A stretch of DNA of 64,000 bases from Verrucomicrobiota bacterium (GCA_047947115.1 CP170459.1:2144001-2208000); one strand, 5' to 3'. Numbered from the stretch's first letter, positions 8,802-18,698 are shown. Made by a program: numbers and translations. The notes: generated by a model not told the origin, from the letters alone.

Positions 8802-10238
8802 TCAGAGATCGAAGACCGTTTTGTCCATCGTGGTCTGACCGCCTTCGTCATCACGTGGTGCATCGGGCTGATGGAACATCAGGCAGAAAGGACCGATGTT
8901 GATTTGGTCCTTGTCGCGCAAGAGAGTGGGTTCGGTGACTTTTCGACCGTTGTGAAAGGTGCCGTTGCGGCTGCCTGCATCGATGAGCCAGAGTTGATCG
9001 TTCTTTTCTTTTTGGATCATGGCATGGCGTCGGGAGACTTTCTGGTTGGGCAGACACAGATCGCTGGCGTCGGTTCGTCCGATGCTGCAGTTGGAGCGGA
9101 TGCGGATGCGTTCGCCTTCGGGCATTTCGATTTCGGCGACCGGACGGACGCGGTCAATCCATTCCAGATTGTAAACCTGCTGGTAAATCCTGTTTCGAAC
9201 GACGAGGTGATTTTTTTCCACACGAATCAGGCCGGATAGGAAAAGTTCGCTGATCATGGGGTTGGTGTCGTCATCCGGGACGATTTCATTGTTCAGAATA
9301 CGTTCATACAGCTCCAGCAAGGTCATTTGATCCAGATGACTCCGGCGAATGCGCTCGCGAACATAGAGGAGGTTGTCATCTTTTTCACGCGCCCGACTGG
9401 ATAGGAAAATATCCTCGCAGACCGAATCCACCAGGGCACCCGGTGTCAGGTCCGAGGACTCGTCGCCAGCTACCAATTCCGTGATGGCCCGGCACAGTCG
9501 TTGGGTGAGGAAAGGGTGGCCATGTGTCCAGTAGTGGATGCGTTGCAGCAACTGGATCGAGCGTTCCTGATCGTCCGGGTTTCGTTCCAGCCCACGCGCC
9601 AGGGGAATGGCTTCGTTATAAGAGAAGTCATTTAAAGGTATCCGGCGACCGATGTTAAATGGTGTTGTGTTGGGGTCTTTGATGAGGTCGGCAGGTGTGG
9701 CCACCCCCAGCAGGCAGAAGGTCAGTTTCTTGTATTCCTCATCTTCGATGCGTTGGTTGTAGCATTGCCGGATAGCGGCGAAGAATTCGTCGGTGGAAAA
9801 CGGCAGGCTACGCACCATGTCCAGTTCGTCGAAGAAAATAACCAGTGTTTTCTTGACCCTGGGTAAAATCACGTGGCGAATGGCCTGGAACCAACGTTGA
9901 ACGGGACTCAACCGCTGGTGATCCATCCAATAGTCCTCGAGTTCATCCTCCAGATGCATGGATTGTCCGATTTTGACCAGGAGACCGTCGTACCATTGTT
10001 CTGCGTTGACGTTTTGACCGATGGCGGTGAGGTCGAGGATGAGGGTGTCGATACCCACTTCCTTCAAGCGCATGGCGGCCCGCACCATGCTCGAGGACTT
10101 CCCCATTTGTCGGGCGGTGAGTACATAGCAAAACTCGCCTTGGGACAACAGATCGAACAGTTCTTTGTCGGAAGTGCGTTCAACGTATGAGGGGCTGTTA
10201 TGGTGCAAGGTACCCCCCGTAGTGAAAAACCAGCTCAT
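8802..10238 (-). CDS. AAA_35-like P-loop ATPase fused to a C-terminal FHA domain
   Basis: SPSYVER..D, ARQMGKSS (Walker A), IFFDELD (Walker B), TPFNIG and WTHGHPFLTQ. FHA motifs IGR, VSRRHA and GSRNGT. Confidence 0.9.
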   Translation of the reverse strand: MSWFFTTGGTLHHNSPSYVERTSDKELFDLLSQGEFCYVLTARQMGKSSSMVRAAMRLKEVGIDTLILDLTAIGQNVNAEQWYDGLLVKIGQSMHLEDELEDYWMDHQRLSPVQRWFQAIRHVILPRVKKTLVIFFDELDMVRSLPFSTDEFFAAIRQCYNQRIEDEEYKKLTFCLLGVATPADLIKDPNTTPFNIGRRIPLNDFSYNEAIPLARGLERNPDDQERSIQLLQRIHYWTHGHPFLTQRLCRAITELVAGDESSDLTPGALVDSVCEDIFLSSRAREKDDNLLYVRERIRRSHLDQMTLLELYERILNNEIVPDDDTNPMISELFLSGLIRVEKNHLVVRNRIYQQVYNLEWIDRVRPVAEIEMPEGERIRIRSNCSIGRTDASDLCLPNQKVSRRHAMIQKEKNDQLWLIDAGSRNGTFHNGRKVTEPTLLRDKDQINIGPFCLMFHQPDAPRDDEGGQTTMDKTVFDL

Positions 10239-10395
10239 GGCCGAATGTTAGAAGAATGGGCAGGTATGCGCCAATCAGAAATAACAACTGTTTCTTGTTG
10301 TCTGGTAAGGATTGGCAATTTTTTGATTCAACTTTGTAACCACCTCTTCCATGGGGGCGTCTTGGGATAACGAACATTGAAACAAGGATTTCATC

Positions 10396-11076
10396 ATGAA
10401 ACGAAAAGCAATTATTCTAGCAATGGCGGCCCTCGCAGCCGCAGTCACTGTCGATATGCAAGCCCAAGGCCGCGGTCAAGGTCGTGGACAGGGTAGAGGA
10501 GAAGGCCCCGGAGGCGGGCAGGAAGGATTTCAGCGCGGACCACGCGGCCAGTTCGGCGGTCCGGGGGGACCGGGGGGCATGGGGCGTTTTGGAGCTCCGC
10601 CCGTTTTTGCCGCATTGGATGCGAATCAGGACGGTGAACTTTCCGTTGAAGAAATCAAAAATGCTGCAGCAGCCCTCCAGAAGCTGGATGCCAACAAGGA
10701 TGGCAAGATTTCATTGGATGAAGTTCGGCCACAAGGCGGTCCTCGGGGCGAAGGGGAAGGTCCCGGTCGCTTTGGACGGGGTGGTGATGGAGCTTTTCAA
10801 CGAGGTGGTGGCGGCGGTGGCAACAACCAGATGGTGGATCGTATCATGCAGTCGGATGCCAACAATGACGGCAAGGTTTCCAAGGACGAACTGCCTGAGC
10901 GGATGCAGCGGTTGATGGGATCATTGGATGCCGATAAAGATGGTTTTATCACACGTGAGGAAGCTAAAAAAGGTTTGGCTGAAATCAGAGGTGGTGGTCA
11001 GCCGGGTCGGCCGGAAGGTGAAGGTCGTGGCCGCGGTGGTCGTGGACCAGGTCGTCAGGGTGCGAGCGACCGTTGA
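10396..11076 (+). CDS. Secreted Gly/Arg-rich EF-hand calcium-binding protein
   Basis: Signal peptide; four EF-hand loops DANQDGELSVEE, DANKDGKISLDE, DANNDGKVSKDE and DADKDGFITREE. Confidence 0.88.
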   Translation: MKRKAIILAMAALAAAVTVDMQAQGRGQGRGQGRGEGPGGGQEGFQRGPRGQFGGPGGPGGMGRFGAPPVFAALDANQDGELSVEEIKNAAAALQKLDANKDGKISLDEVRPQGGPRGEGEGPGRFGRGGDGAFQRGGGGGGNNQMVDRIMQSDANNDGKVSKDELPERMQRLMGSLDADKDGFITREEAKKGLAEIRGGGQPGRPEGEGRGRGGRGPGRQGASDR

Positions 11077-11115
11077 TTTGATCGATCAATCTTTCAAGAA
11101 TTCATTCACCCGCAT

Positions 11116-11148
11116 AAAAGCCCCGAAGCGTTTACTTCGGGGCTTTTT
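11116..11148. terminator. Bidirectional rho-independent terminator
   Basis: AAAAGCCCCGAAG-cgttta-CTTCGGGGCTTTTT between convergent genes. Confidence 0.88.
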
Positions 11149-11167
11149 CATTTTTCTTGAAAGTGTT

Positions 11168-11584
11168 TCAGTAGGACTGCTTGTCGGAGACTGCCGCCGG
11201 GTTGCGTTGGATGAGCTCGATCTCATAACCTTCGGGAGCATCAATGAATGCGAATCCCCCGCTGCCATCGGGTTTCATGGTGGGGCCGTCGGAAAACTCA
11301 ACCCCGATTGATTTGATGTGTTCCCCAAACGCCTCCAAGCTGTCCACGATGAACGCCAGATGCGTCAGATCCTCCTGAACCTCCACTTTCCCGCTGTTGG
11401 GAAAATAGCAGAGTTCGATCAGTTCTTCGCTTTCCGGCGCTTTAAGAAAAGCCAGTTCGGAACCGCGCGGTGACTTGTGTCGGCGCACTTCTTCCAGTCC
11501 CAGGACCTTCTTGTAAAAGTCCACACTCTTTTCCAGATCGCTCACGCGATACCTTGTATGATCCAAACGACGTACGATTGACAT
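11168..11584 (-). CDS. VOC family protein / lactoylglutathione lyase-like
   Basis: LDHTRYRVSDLEKSVDFY, IELCY, HLAF and FIDAPEGYEIEL motifs. Confidence 0.88.
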   Translation of the reverse strand: MSIVRRLDHTRYRVSDLEKSVDFYKKVLGLEEVRRHKSPRGSELAFLKAPESEELIELCYFPNSGKVEVQEDLTHLAFIVDSLEAFGEHIKSIGVEFSDGPTMKPDGSGGFAFIDAPEGYEIELIQRNPAAVSDKQSY

Positions 11585-11629
11585 GGGGTGAAGATAGGGG
11601 GTGAATGATCTCAGGGCAACAGTCGATTC

Positions 11630-12304
11630 TCACCTTTCGGCCACTGTGTCCGATTCCTGGGCGCGAAGTTCGGTCTCCTTTTTCCGGATGGCTTCCCTCA
11701 GGAGCATCTCAGCGGACCAACCTTTTGCCTGGGCATTCATGGCCAGATCCAAAAGCTGGGCTCCCAAAGCTTCCGGAAAGGCTGGCAAGGTGGCATCGGC
11801 GGGAACGTCTGACGCAATCAGCTTTGCTTTCCGCGCCTTCTTGGCAAGTTTTTCCGCGTATTGGAGGGCGGGTAAATGCCGGGGAATGCCGTCCAATGCC
11901 GAACTGCGCTCAAGGTGCGTGCCTTCTTTTTCCTCCCGTTTGATCTTTTCCCAGTTCGCCCAGACGCCGTCGACGTCCTTGACTTTGGTGTCGCCAAATA
12001 CATGGGGATGCCTGCGGATAAGTTTTTCTGACAGGGTATTGCAGACCTGGTCGAAATGAAAGGCGTCCCGCTCTTTTCCAAGCTGGCAGTGGAACACGAC
12101 TTGAAGCAGAAGATCACCGAGTTCTTCCACCATTTCATGCTCATCGTTGGCTTCAATGGCGTCAATCAGCTCATAAACCTCTTCCACTGCGTGAAAACGA
12201 AGACTCTGGTGGTTCTGTTCCTTATCCCACGGACATCCATCGGGAGCCCTGAGTCTGGCCATGATTTCCAATACTTTTTGGATGGGTGTTTGCTGTTCTG
12301 TCAT
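11630..12304 (-). CDS. mazG: MazG family nucleoside triphosphate pyrophosphohydrolase (one intact domain)
   Basis: LRAPDGCPWD, EEVYE, EELGDLL and RRHPHVF motifs. Confidence 0.92.
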   Translation of the reverse strand: MTEQQTPIQKVLEIMARLRAPDGCPWDKEQNHQSLRFHAVEEVYELIDAIEANDEHEMVEELGDLLLQVVFHCQLGKERDAFHFDQVCNTLSEKLIRRHPHVFGDTKVKDVDGVWANWEKIKREEKEGTHLERSSALDGIPRHLPALQYAEKLAKKARKAKLIASDVPADATLPAFPEALGAQLLDLAMNAQAKGWSAEMLLREAIRKKETELRAQESDTVAER

Positions 12305-12316
12305 GCTGTCGGATTC

Positions 12317-13393
12317 TTAGAGGATAACGAGATTGTCACGGTGAATGATTTCTCCTTCGCGTTGGTTCCAGGTTGGAAAGGATTCGGAATCCCATTCCGC
12401 AATGCCCAGCGCAAATTCCGTTCCCTCCTCATCGCGGACACGGACCACTTCGCCGGATTTGAATTGCCCCTGTATGTCACGCACTCCCTTTGGAAGCAGG
12501 CTGCGTCCGTTTTCTCGTAGGGCGATCTTGGCTCCTTGATCCACGATCAAAGCCCCCTTGGGTCGATGGAAAAATGCGATCCAGCGTTTGCGTCCTTTGA
12601 GCCGCTTGTCACATGGCAGAAAGACGGTGCCCACATCCTTTCCTTCTGTCATGTCCTGAAGAATGGACGGGTTTCTGCCCGGGCCAATGAACATGGGGAT
12701 GCCGGATAGAACCGCGATACGGGCGGCTTCCACTTTGGTGGCCATTCCGCCGGTGGCCGTCACGCTGGTGGTTCCCTTGGCCATCGCAATGATGTCGTCC
12801 GTGATGGTGGCTACTTCCGCCAACCGTTCCGCGCCGGGTTGTCCGAAATTTTTGATCAATCCTTCCGCCGTGGTCAGGATCACGAGCAAGTCGGCGTGGA
12901 TGAGGCTGGCGACCAGCGCGGACAAGGTGTCGTTGTCCCCGAACTTGAGTTCCGTGAACGAGACGGTGTCGTTTTCATTGACGATGGGGATGATGTTTCT
13001 GTCCAGCAAAGCCACCAGGGTGTTGCGGGCATTCAGGTGGCGGTCGTGATGCTTGAGGTCTGCGTGTGTCAGCAATACCTGTCCGACACTCAGCCCGTGC
13101 CGTGCAAACAAATCGGAGTAAGTGTTCATGAGCCGGGTTTGTCCAACGGCGGCACATGCCTGCAGGTCGGCCAGATCACGGGGGCGCTTTTCCAGGCCCA
13201 GACTCCCCATGCCGGCTCCGACTGCTCCGGAGGAAACCAGCACAACATCCCGCCCCTGCTTTTTCAAGTCGGCGATTTGGTCGGCCAATTGCTGCATCTG
13301 GGTCACATCGGGATGGTTGCGGTCATCGGTCAGGATGCCGGTTCCAAGTTTGATCACCAGGCGTTGGGCTTTGTTCAACAGTGTGGTTCGCAT
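12317..13393 (-). CDS. proB: Glutamate 5-kinase with PUA domain
   Basis: VIKLGT, VSSGAV, NENDTVS, FGDND and TGGMATK motifs; ends IIHRDNLVIL. Start at ATG 13393. Confidence 0.96.
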   Translation of the reverse strand: MRTTLLNKAQRLVIKLGTGILTDDRNHPDVTQMQQLADQIADLKKQGRDVVLVSSGAVGAGMGSLGLEKRPRDLADLQACAAVGQTRLMNTYSDLFARHGLSVGQVLLTHADLKHHDRHLNARNTLVALLDRNIIPIVNENDTVSFTELKFGDNDTLSALVASLIHADLLVILTTAEGLIKNFGQPGAERLAEVATITDDIIAMAKGTTSVTATGGMATKVEAARIAVLSGIPMFIGPGRNPSILQDMTEGKDVGTVFLPCDKRLKGRKRWIAFFHRPKGALIVDQGAKIALRENGRSLLPKGVRDIQGQFKSGEVVRVRDEEGTEFALGIAEWDSESFPTWNQREGEIIHRDNLVIL

Positions 13394-13444
13394 ATTTGCG
13401 CTAAATGCGGATAAACTGCACGGGTCTTGTCCGGGGACCAACGG

Positions 13445-14788
13445 TCAAAGTTCTTTGATGTACAGACTGGCAAACTCGATGGGGTCGCCATGGTGTTGCA
13501 GTCCGATGGGGCCGCTCTCGGGCACATTTGGAAGCCGGGCTTTTTCGATCACGGTGATCCCGTTCAAGACCACCGTCAGCTTGTCCCCTTGCATGGTGAT
13601 GATAAATCGGTTCCATTTGCCGATGGCGTTGTCCGCTTTGACTCTTGGTGTGAGTGCCGCCCGTACCGCCGGGTCGGTGTTGGGATCATTACGGTAGCCA
13701 TATACTTCTCCTGATCCAATGCTCCAGTTCCAGATATTGACCTGGCTTTTGGTGTTGCCGCGAAGAAAAATGCCGCTGTCTCCGGCTGATTGAATCACTT
13801 CTGTTCTGCGGTTTCCTTGTGCGTCTTGGGCATAATCACCATTGGGCAGCACGATGGGGAATTCACGTTTCGCTACCTCGCCCGACCAACGCCAGTCGCA
13901 GATCATGATGAAATCTTTGTAAGTTTCCCGGGTCCAGAGGTGCTTGATTTCGGCTTTGCTCTTGCCGTCGTAAGTCAGTTTCCAGTCGGCAGCACGCCAG
14001 TGATCTTCACTGCCTTCGTGAACCACCCAGCCCGACAAGTCGACTCCTGTATAGATTGATTTGAACCCTTCGTCCAGAGGCGCCGTTTCGTCAGGGGTGG
14101 GGTGGGTGGATGGGAGTTCCTTGATACGGATGTTCCGGTAATCCACCTTGCCTCCTTCCGATTCCAATGCGATGTACCCTTTGCGGTAAATGCAGTCCTG
14201 TCCACCGGAAACTTCCTTGCCGTTGACAGCCAGTTTGATCACACCGTTGTTACAGGTCACACGGTAATGATTCCATTCCGGTGAACTGTTGGAGCGCATT
14301 TCATTGGGGAAACTGCGTGAGCCTCTGCTGGGAGCATCCGGTTTCATGGTGGAACCGTGGATAGGGAAAATATCCCCATGAGTCGTGAACCAGTCTGATT
14401 TTCCATAGGCATTGTCGAGGATCTGAACCTCGATGGCTCTGAGGAAAGGGACTCCGGGGGCTGATATGGGTTCCGCCCAGACAAAAAGGCCTGCGTTGCC
14501 TCCCGGAACCAGATGACGCCACTCCAATTCCAGCACAAAGTTCTCATATTGCTTTTGTGTGCGGAGCGCTCCGGTCGGCACCCCTGTGCATTGGATCATA
14601 CCGTCCTTCACCGTCCAGGTGTTGGGGGCGCAATTGACATTGACCCATCCGTCCAGTGATCTGCCGTCAAACAGGGGAACAAAACCTTGTTCCGGTCCGG
14701 TGGCGTTTCCGTTGGTCGGCTGGGCCAGTATCACTGCGTTGCACGCAAAGGTGATGATGGTCATCAAATGGAAGCATCTCCTCATCAT
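13445..14788 (-). CDS. Secreted tandem DUF1080 (3-keto-disaccharide hydrolase family) protein
   Basis: Two copies of the pattern: LFDGRSLDGW...NFVLELEW...GYIALESEG and IYTGVDLSGW...GPIGLQHHG. Signal peptide present. Confidence 0.9.
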   Translation of the reverse strand: MMRRCFHLMTIITFACNAVILAQPTNGNATGPEQGFVPLFDGRSLDGWVNVNCAPNTWTVKDGMIQCTGVPTGALRTQKQYENFVLELEWRHLVPGGNAGLFVWAEPISAPGVPFLRAIEVQILDNAYGKSDWFTTHGDIFPIHGSTMKPDAPSRGSRSFPNEMRSNSSPEWNHYRVTCNNGVIKLAVNGKEVSGGQDCIYRKGYIALESEGGKVDYRNIRIKELPSTHPTPDETAPLDEGFKSIYTGVDLSGWVVHEGSEDHWRAADWKLTYDGKSKAEIKHLWTRETYKDFIMICDWRWSGEVAKREFPIVLPNGDYAQDAQGNRRTEVIQSAGDSGIFLRGNTKSQVNIWNWSIGSGEVYGYRNDPNTDPAVRAALTPRVKADNAIGKWNRFIITMQGDKLTVVLNGITVIEKARLPNVPESGPIGLQHHGDPIEFASLYIKEL

Positions 14789-15014
14789 GTCTCGGCAGTC
14801 TTGAGCAGAAAAAGACATTGAGCAAGCCGATAAATCGCCGCATCATCCACTTGTTCCTGCCAAAAACGTTGAGTGTTTGACAACGAAAGCGGGTAATTGG
14901 CGGATGCATCTGTTTCCGGCCCATGTTAACGTGGCAGTGGAAATGCGGCGTGCGGGTGTCTGCGTGAGTGAAGTGCGCATCCAAATCATAGAAATCTCCA
15001 AATCCATTTGAATT

Positions 15015-17072
15015 ATGGCTAAAAAGAAAGATTCCAAATCGAAAACAGCTTCCCCTCAGGAGGTTCCAGCGGGTGAGAGTATGCTGGATATCCTGAATCA
15101 GGATTTTTCCTGGGACACCATCAAAAAGTTTCTGACCTACGAGATTCCTTCGCCTTTTGCATCCCAGCATACTGGTCTGGATGATGTGGAGCTTCGCCAG
15201 AATCACATGACCGAGAAGCAAATCCAGGAATACCGGGCGCGGAAGGCACATGTGGGAGACACATTTGGTGATTATCTGGTGGATCGAAGCATTATCACCC
15301 CGGACCAACTCAAGGAGGCGCAGACGTTCCGGCAAAAAACCGATCAACCACTGTGGCGCACACTACTTCATTTGCGCATGATCACTCCCCAGCAGTTGGC
15401 CAAGCTGCTGCGTCTGGACTTTCCGATTGGAACACTGCCTGAAAACGATTTCACCCAACACCTGATTCGAAAACGCATTGTCAAGAAGCGGGATCTGAAG
15501 GCGGCATGGAAGGCCGCTCAGGAGAAGAAAATGCATTTTCTGGACTATCTGCGCCAGGAGGACATTGCTTCCGATGAGGCCATTGCCCAAGCTCTGGCCG
15601 GTCAGCTTAATCTTCCCTATGAAAGCCTGGAAAACATATCGGTGATTCCCGAGGTGGCACTGGACCAGGTGCCCTATCACTTTCCTTTTCGTTACCACGC
15701 CATTCCATACCGATTTGAGGATAACGTCCTGTATGTTGCGTTTGCGGATGGGGACAATATTGTTGAAATGGAAGGGATGGGATTGTTGTTTGATTTCGAA
15801 ATTCAGCCGGTCATTGCCCCCAAATCCACACTCGATCGTTTGCTCAAAACATATGTGCCTCAGATGGATGCGGATACCGCGGAGGAGGAGGGCCGGCAGT
15901 ATGAGTTGCAGAATGAAATCGCCGACAAACCCGCTCCTCAACTGCTGGACATCATCCTCAAAGGCGTGCTGCGCCGGGATGGGTCCGATATTCACTTTGA
16001 ACCGCAAAAGGGTTTTTACCGGATTCGATATCGCGTGGATGGGATCCTGCATGACGTCCTGACCCTGCCTCGCGAGATCGCGCGCAAAGTGTTGAATCAG
16101 GTCAAAAACCTGGCCGAACTGGACATCGTCAATCCCATGATTCCCCATGACGGGCATCTGGTCATCGTCATGGACGACAAGGACATGAATTTCCGTGTCT
16201 CGGTCCTGCCCACTCCGGACGGGGAGAAAATGGTGCTGCGCGTGGTCAAAATGCATTTTGCCTTCAGCCGGTTCGAACAGCTTGGCATGGAACTGTCCCA
16301 TCGAAAACTGATGGACCAGCTCATGCAGATGCCTTCGGGACTGATTCTGGTGGCGGGGCCGGTGGGGTCGGGTAAGACCACCACCGTATATTCCTGCATG
16401 AACTGCCTGAATCCCTTCACCCAAAACATCATGACCATCGAAGACCCGGTGGAATACAAGTTGGTGGGGACCACCCAAGCCCAGGTCAATCACAAGGTGG
16501 AAATGACCTTTGCGGTTGGGTTGAAGGCCATTTTGAGGCAGGATCCGGACATTATCATGGTGGGAGAGATCCGTGACGAGGAAACCGCCAGCGTGGCTGT
16601 TTCGGCAGCTTTGACCGGACAAAAGGTGTTTTCCACCATTCATGCCAATTCCGCTCCCAATGCCTGCACTTCGCTTCAGTTTCTGGGGATTCGGCCGACA
16701 CTCATGGGACATGCGCTCGCAGGCATCGTCTTCCAGAAAATTGCTCGATTGAACTGTCCCCATTGCACGCGCGAATTCGATGCCGACACAGCCTTGAAAA
16801 AAGCCGTTAAGTGGCCGGCCGACAAACCCCTCAAAATCAAACAAGGAACCGGATGCCCCACATGTCTGCAGACCGGATTTCATGGAAGGACAGGTTTGTT
16901 TGAAATCCTGATACCCGACGACCATTTCAAAAATGCGCTGGCCCACAGCCCCACACACGAGGAAATCACCAAAGCCGCTTTGAAATCCGGAATGTTGGCC
17001 ATGCATGATCATGCCTCAGAGCTTCTGATCAAGGGCAAGATCTCACCCACGGAATTTCACCGCATTCTGTAA
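15015..17072 (+). CDS. GspE/PulE/PilB family secretion or pilus ATPase with degenerate MshEN-like N-terminal repeats
   Basis: SDIHFEP, RYRVDG, GPVGSGKTT, TIEDPVE, LRQDPDIIMVGEIRD, CPHC...CPTC and GRTGLFE motifs. Confidence 0.93.
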   Translation: MAKKKDSKSKTASPQEVPAGESMLDILNQDFSWDTIKKFLTYEIPSPFASQHTGLDDVELRQNHMTEKQIQEYRARKAHVGDTFGDYLVDRSIITPDQLKEAQTFRQKTDQPLWRTLLHLRMITPQQLAKLLRLDFPIGTLPENDFTQHLIRKRIVKKRDLKAAWKAAQEKKMHFLDYLRQEDIASDEAIAQALAGQLNLPYESLENISVIPEVALDQVPYHFPFRYHAIPYRFEDNVLYVAFADGDNIVEMEGMGLLFDFEIQPVIAPKSTLDRLLKTYVPQMDADTAEEEGRQYELQNEIADKPAPQLLDIILKGVLRRDGSDIHFEPQKGFYRIRYRVDGILHDVLTLPREIARKVLNQVKNLAELDIVNPMIPHDGHLVIVMDDKDMNFRVSVLPTPDGEKMVLRVVKMHFAFSRFEQLGMELSHRKLMDQLMQMPSGLILVAGPVGSGKTTTVYSCMNCLNPFTQNIMTIEDPVEYKLVGTTQAQVNHKVEMTFAVGLKAILRQDPDIIMVGEIRDEETASVAVSAALTGQKVFSTIHANSAPNACTSLQFLGIRPTLMGHALAGIVFQKIARLNCPHCTREFDADTALKKAVKWPADKPLKIKQGTGCPTCLQTGFHGRTGLFEILIPDDHFKNALAHSPTHEEITKAALKSGMLAMHDHASELLIKGKISPTEFHRIL

Positions 17073-17114
17073 GTTGCATTTCCTGAACAACTCCGTCAGA
17101 TTACCGGTGTTGTC

Positions 17115-18518
17115 ATGAGGGACATGATAGGCAAACAGAAACACCCGTGGATGCGTCAACTGGCTTTGGTTGGCGTGACGGCTGTTTTGTTGGTTTTGCC
17201 ATGTCCGGCGTTGCTCAGCGCCGAAGTGGCCTTGGGTCGTGAAAAGCAGACACTGACAGCCGACCTGAGAGGGGTGCCGCTTGGAGATGCGCTCAAGTTG
17301 GTGGGAGAACGGATGGGGTGGAATGTGTTTGTGGAGCCGGGTTTGGAGACACGTCGCGTCTCGACGCGGTTTACCGACCTTACCGTGGGTGAATCCCTGC
17401 GTCGGATCATGGGAGAATTGAATTACGCCCTGATCCGGGGGAGTGGGGAGAACGTCTCCAAACTGCTCGTCTATGCCACGAGTGCATCCAGTGCGACACA
17501 GGAAATTGAATTGTCCGGGCAGGTCGTCATCTTTTACTCCAAGCGCATCGACAACGAAATCATCGTGCAGATCAAACCGGGCAGCACCATGACCATCGAG
17601 GACATTGCAAAAGCGCTGGACGCCGAAATTGTGGGTGAGGTCGAAGGCTTGAACGCTTATCGATTGCGCTTCAAAGACAAGGCAAGCGCCGATGTCGCCC
17701 GTGAGCGGCTCAAGGGATCCGATGCCCTCCAGATCAGTGACAACCATGAGTGGGGACGTCCGGGGGACAACCAACCGTTTCTCCAGGGTGCGGGATCCGG
17801 ATTCTCACTCAAGCCCGGCAAAACCGATGGCAACGAAATCATTGTTGGATTGATTGATATGCCGGTGCAGGCCGGGGAAGGTTCATTGTCCGAGTTCTTG
17901 CTGCCGGGGATCACCATTGGGGACGGGACCGCAGCGCTATCCGACTTGCCCTCACATGGAACAAGCATGGCACAAACCGTATTGAAAGGCGTCGAATTGG
18001 GCAATGAGGGCCAATCCGAAACCTCCGTCCGCATCTTGCCGATCGATGTTTACGGGGGGAGTGAAACCACCTCCACGTTTCAGGTCGCCGCCGGCATCTA
18101 CGAGGCCGTCAAAGCCGGGGCCAGCATTGTCAATCTGAGTTTGGGTGGCACCGATGCGGCTCCCTTCATGGAACAAATGATCAGCGAAGCCTCACGCCAG
18201 GGAGTGCTTTTTGTTGGGGCGGCGGGCAACAGCCCCGGAACAGATTATACCTTTCCGGCAGCCTATCCCGATGTGTTGGCGGTGACCGCCGCAGGACGAA
18301 ACGGAGAACCCGCCGCCTATGCCAATACCGGAGATTTTGTGGACGTCATGGTGCCCGGCCGATCCTTTGTGGAATACAACGGAACCACCTACATGGTAAA
18401 CGGCACATCCAGTTCTGCGGCCTACGTCTCCGGACTCGCGGCCTCCATCTCCGCCACCACTGGCAAACCCGTCCGCGAAGTGGAACTCGAACTCCGCCAA
18501 AACCTCCCGAAGCCGTGA
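17115..18518 (+). CDS. Secreted S8 subtilase with an N-terminal secretin/TonB (STN/N0)-like domain and a prodomain
   Basis: Catalytic triad VGLID / HGTSMA / NGTSSSA, plus VNLSLGG and AAGN. N-terminal LTADLRGVPLGDALKLVGERMGWNVFVEP resembles STN. Confidence 0.85.
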   Translation: MRDMIGKQKHPWMRQLALVGVTAVLLVLPCPALLSAEVALGREKQTLTADLRGVPLGDALKLVGERMGWNVFVEPGLETRRVSTRFTDLTVGESLRRIMGELNYALIRGSGENVSKLLVYATSASSATQEIELSGQVVIFYSKRIDNEIIVQIKPGSTMTIEDIAKALDAEIVGEVEGLNAYRLRFKDKASADVARERLKGSDALQISDNHEWGRPGDNQPFLQGAGSGFSLKPGKTDGNEIIVGLIDMPVQAGEGSLSEFLLPGITIGDGTAALSDLPSHGTSMAQTVLKGVELGNEGQSETSVRILPIDVYGGSETTSTFQVAAGIYEAVKAGASIVNLSLGGTDAAPFMEQMISEASRQGVLFVGAAGNSPGTDYTFPAAYPDVLAVTAAGRNGEPAAYANTGDFVDVMVPGRSFVEYNGTTYMVNGTSSSAAYVSGLAASISATTGKPVREVELELRQNLPKP

Positions 18519-18698
18519 GAAGTGATGCAAGGTGAACGAAACCCCTCATGTCACCCCAACGTCCTTCCAACGAGGCCCGCGGCACATGAAAGGGGTAACA
18601 CTGCTTTGCCGGCTATGCCTAAAATACAAATTTACTCTTCTCACAGTATTGCGAGTAGGTTTCCTCAGATGCTTATACTGATTGCCAAAAGTATGTGC

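Noticed and set aside
10462..10600. Short tandem GGxCGxGGxCAx-type repeats as CRISPR or VNTR
   Set aside because: In-frame Gly-Arg-Gly-Gln coding repeats with synonymous variation and no spacers.
15363..17012. 549-aa minus-strand ORF
   Set aside because: Antisense shadow of the GspE/PilB ATPase; no recognisable motifs.
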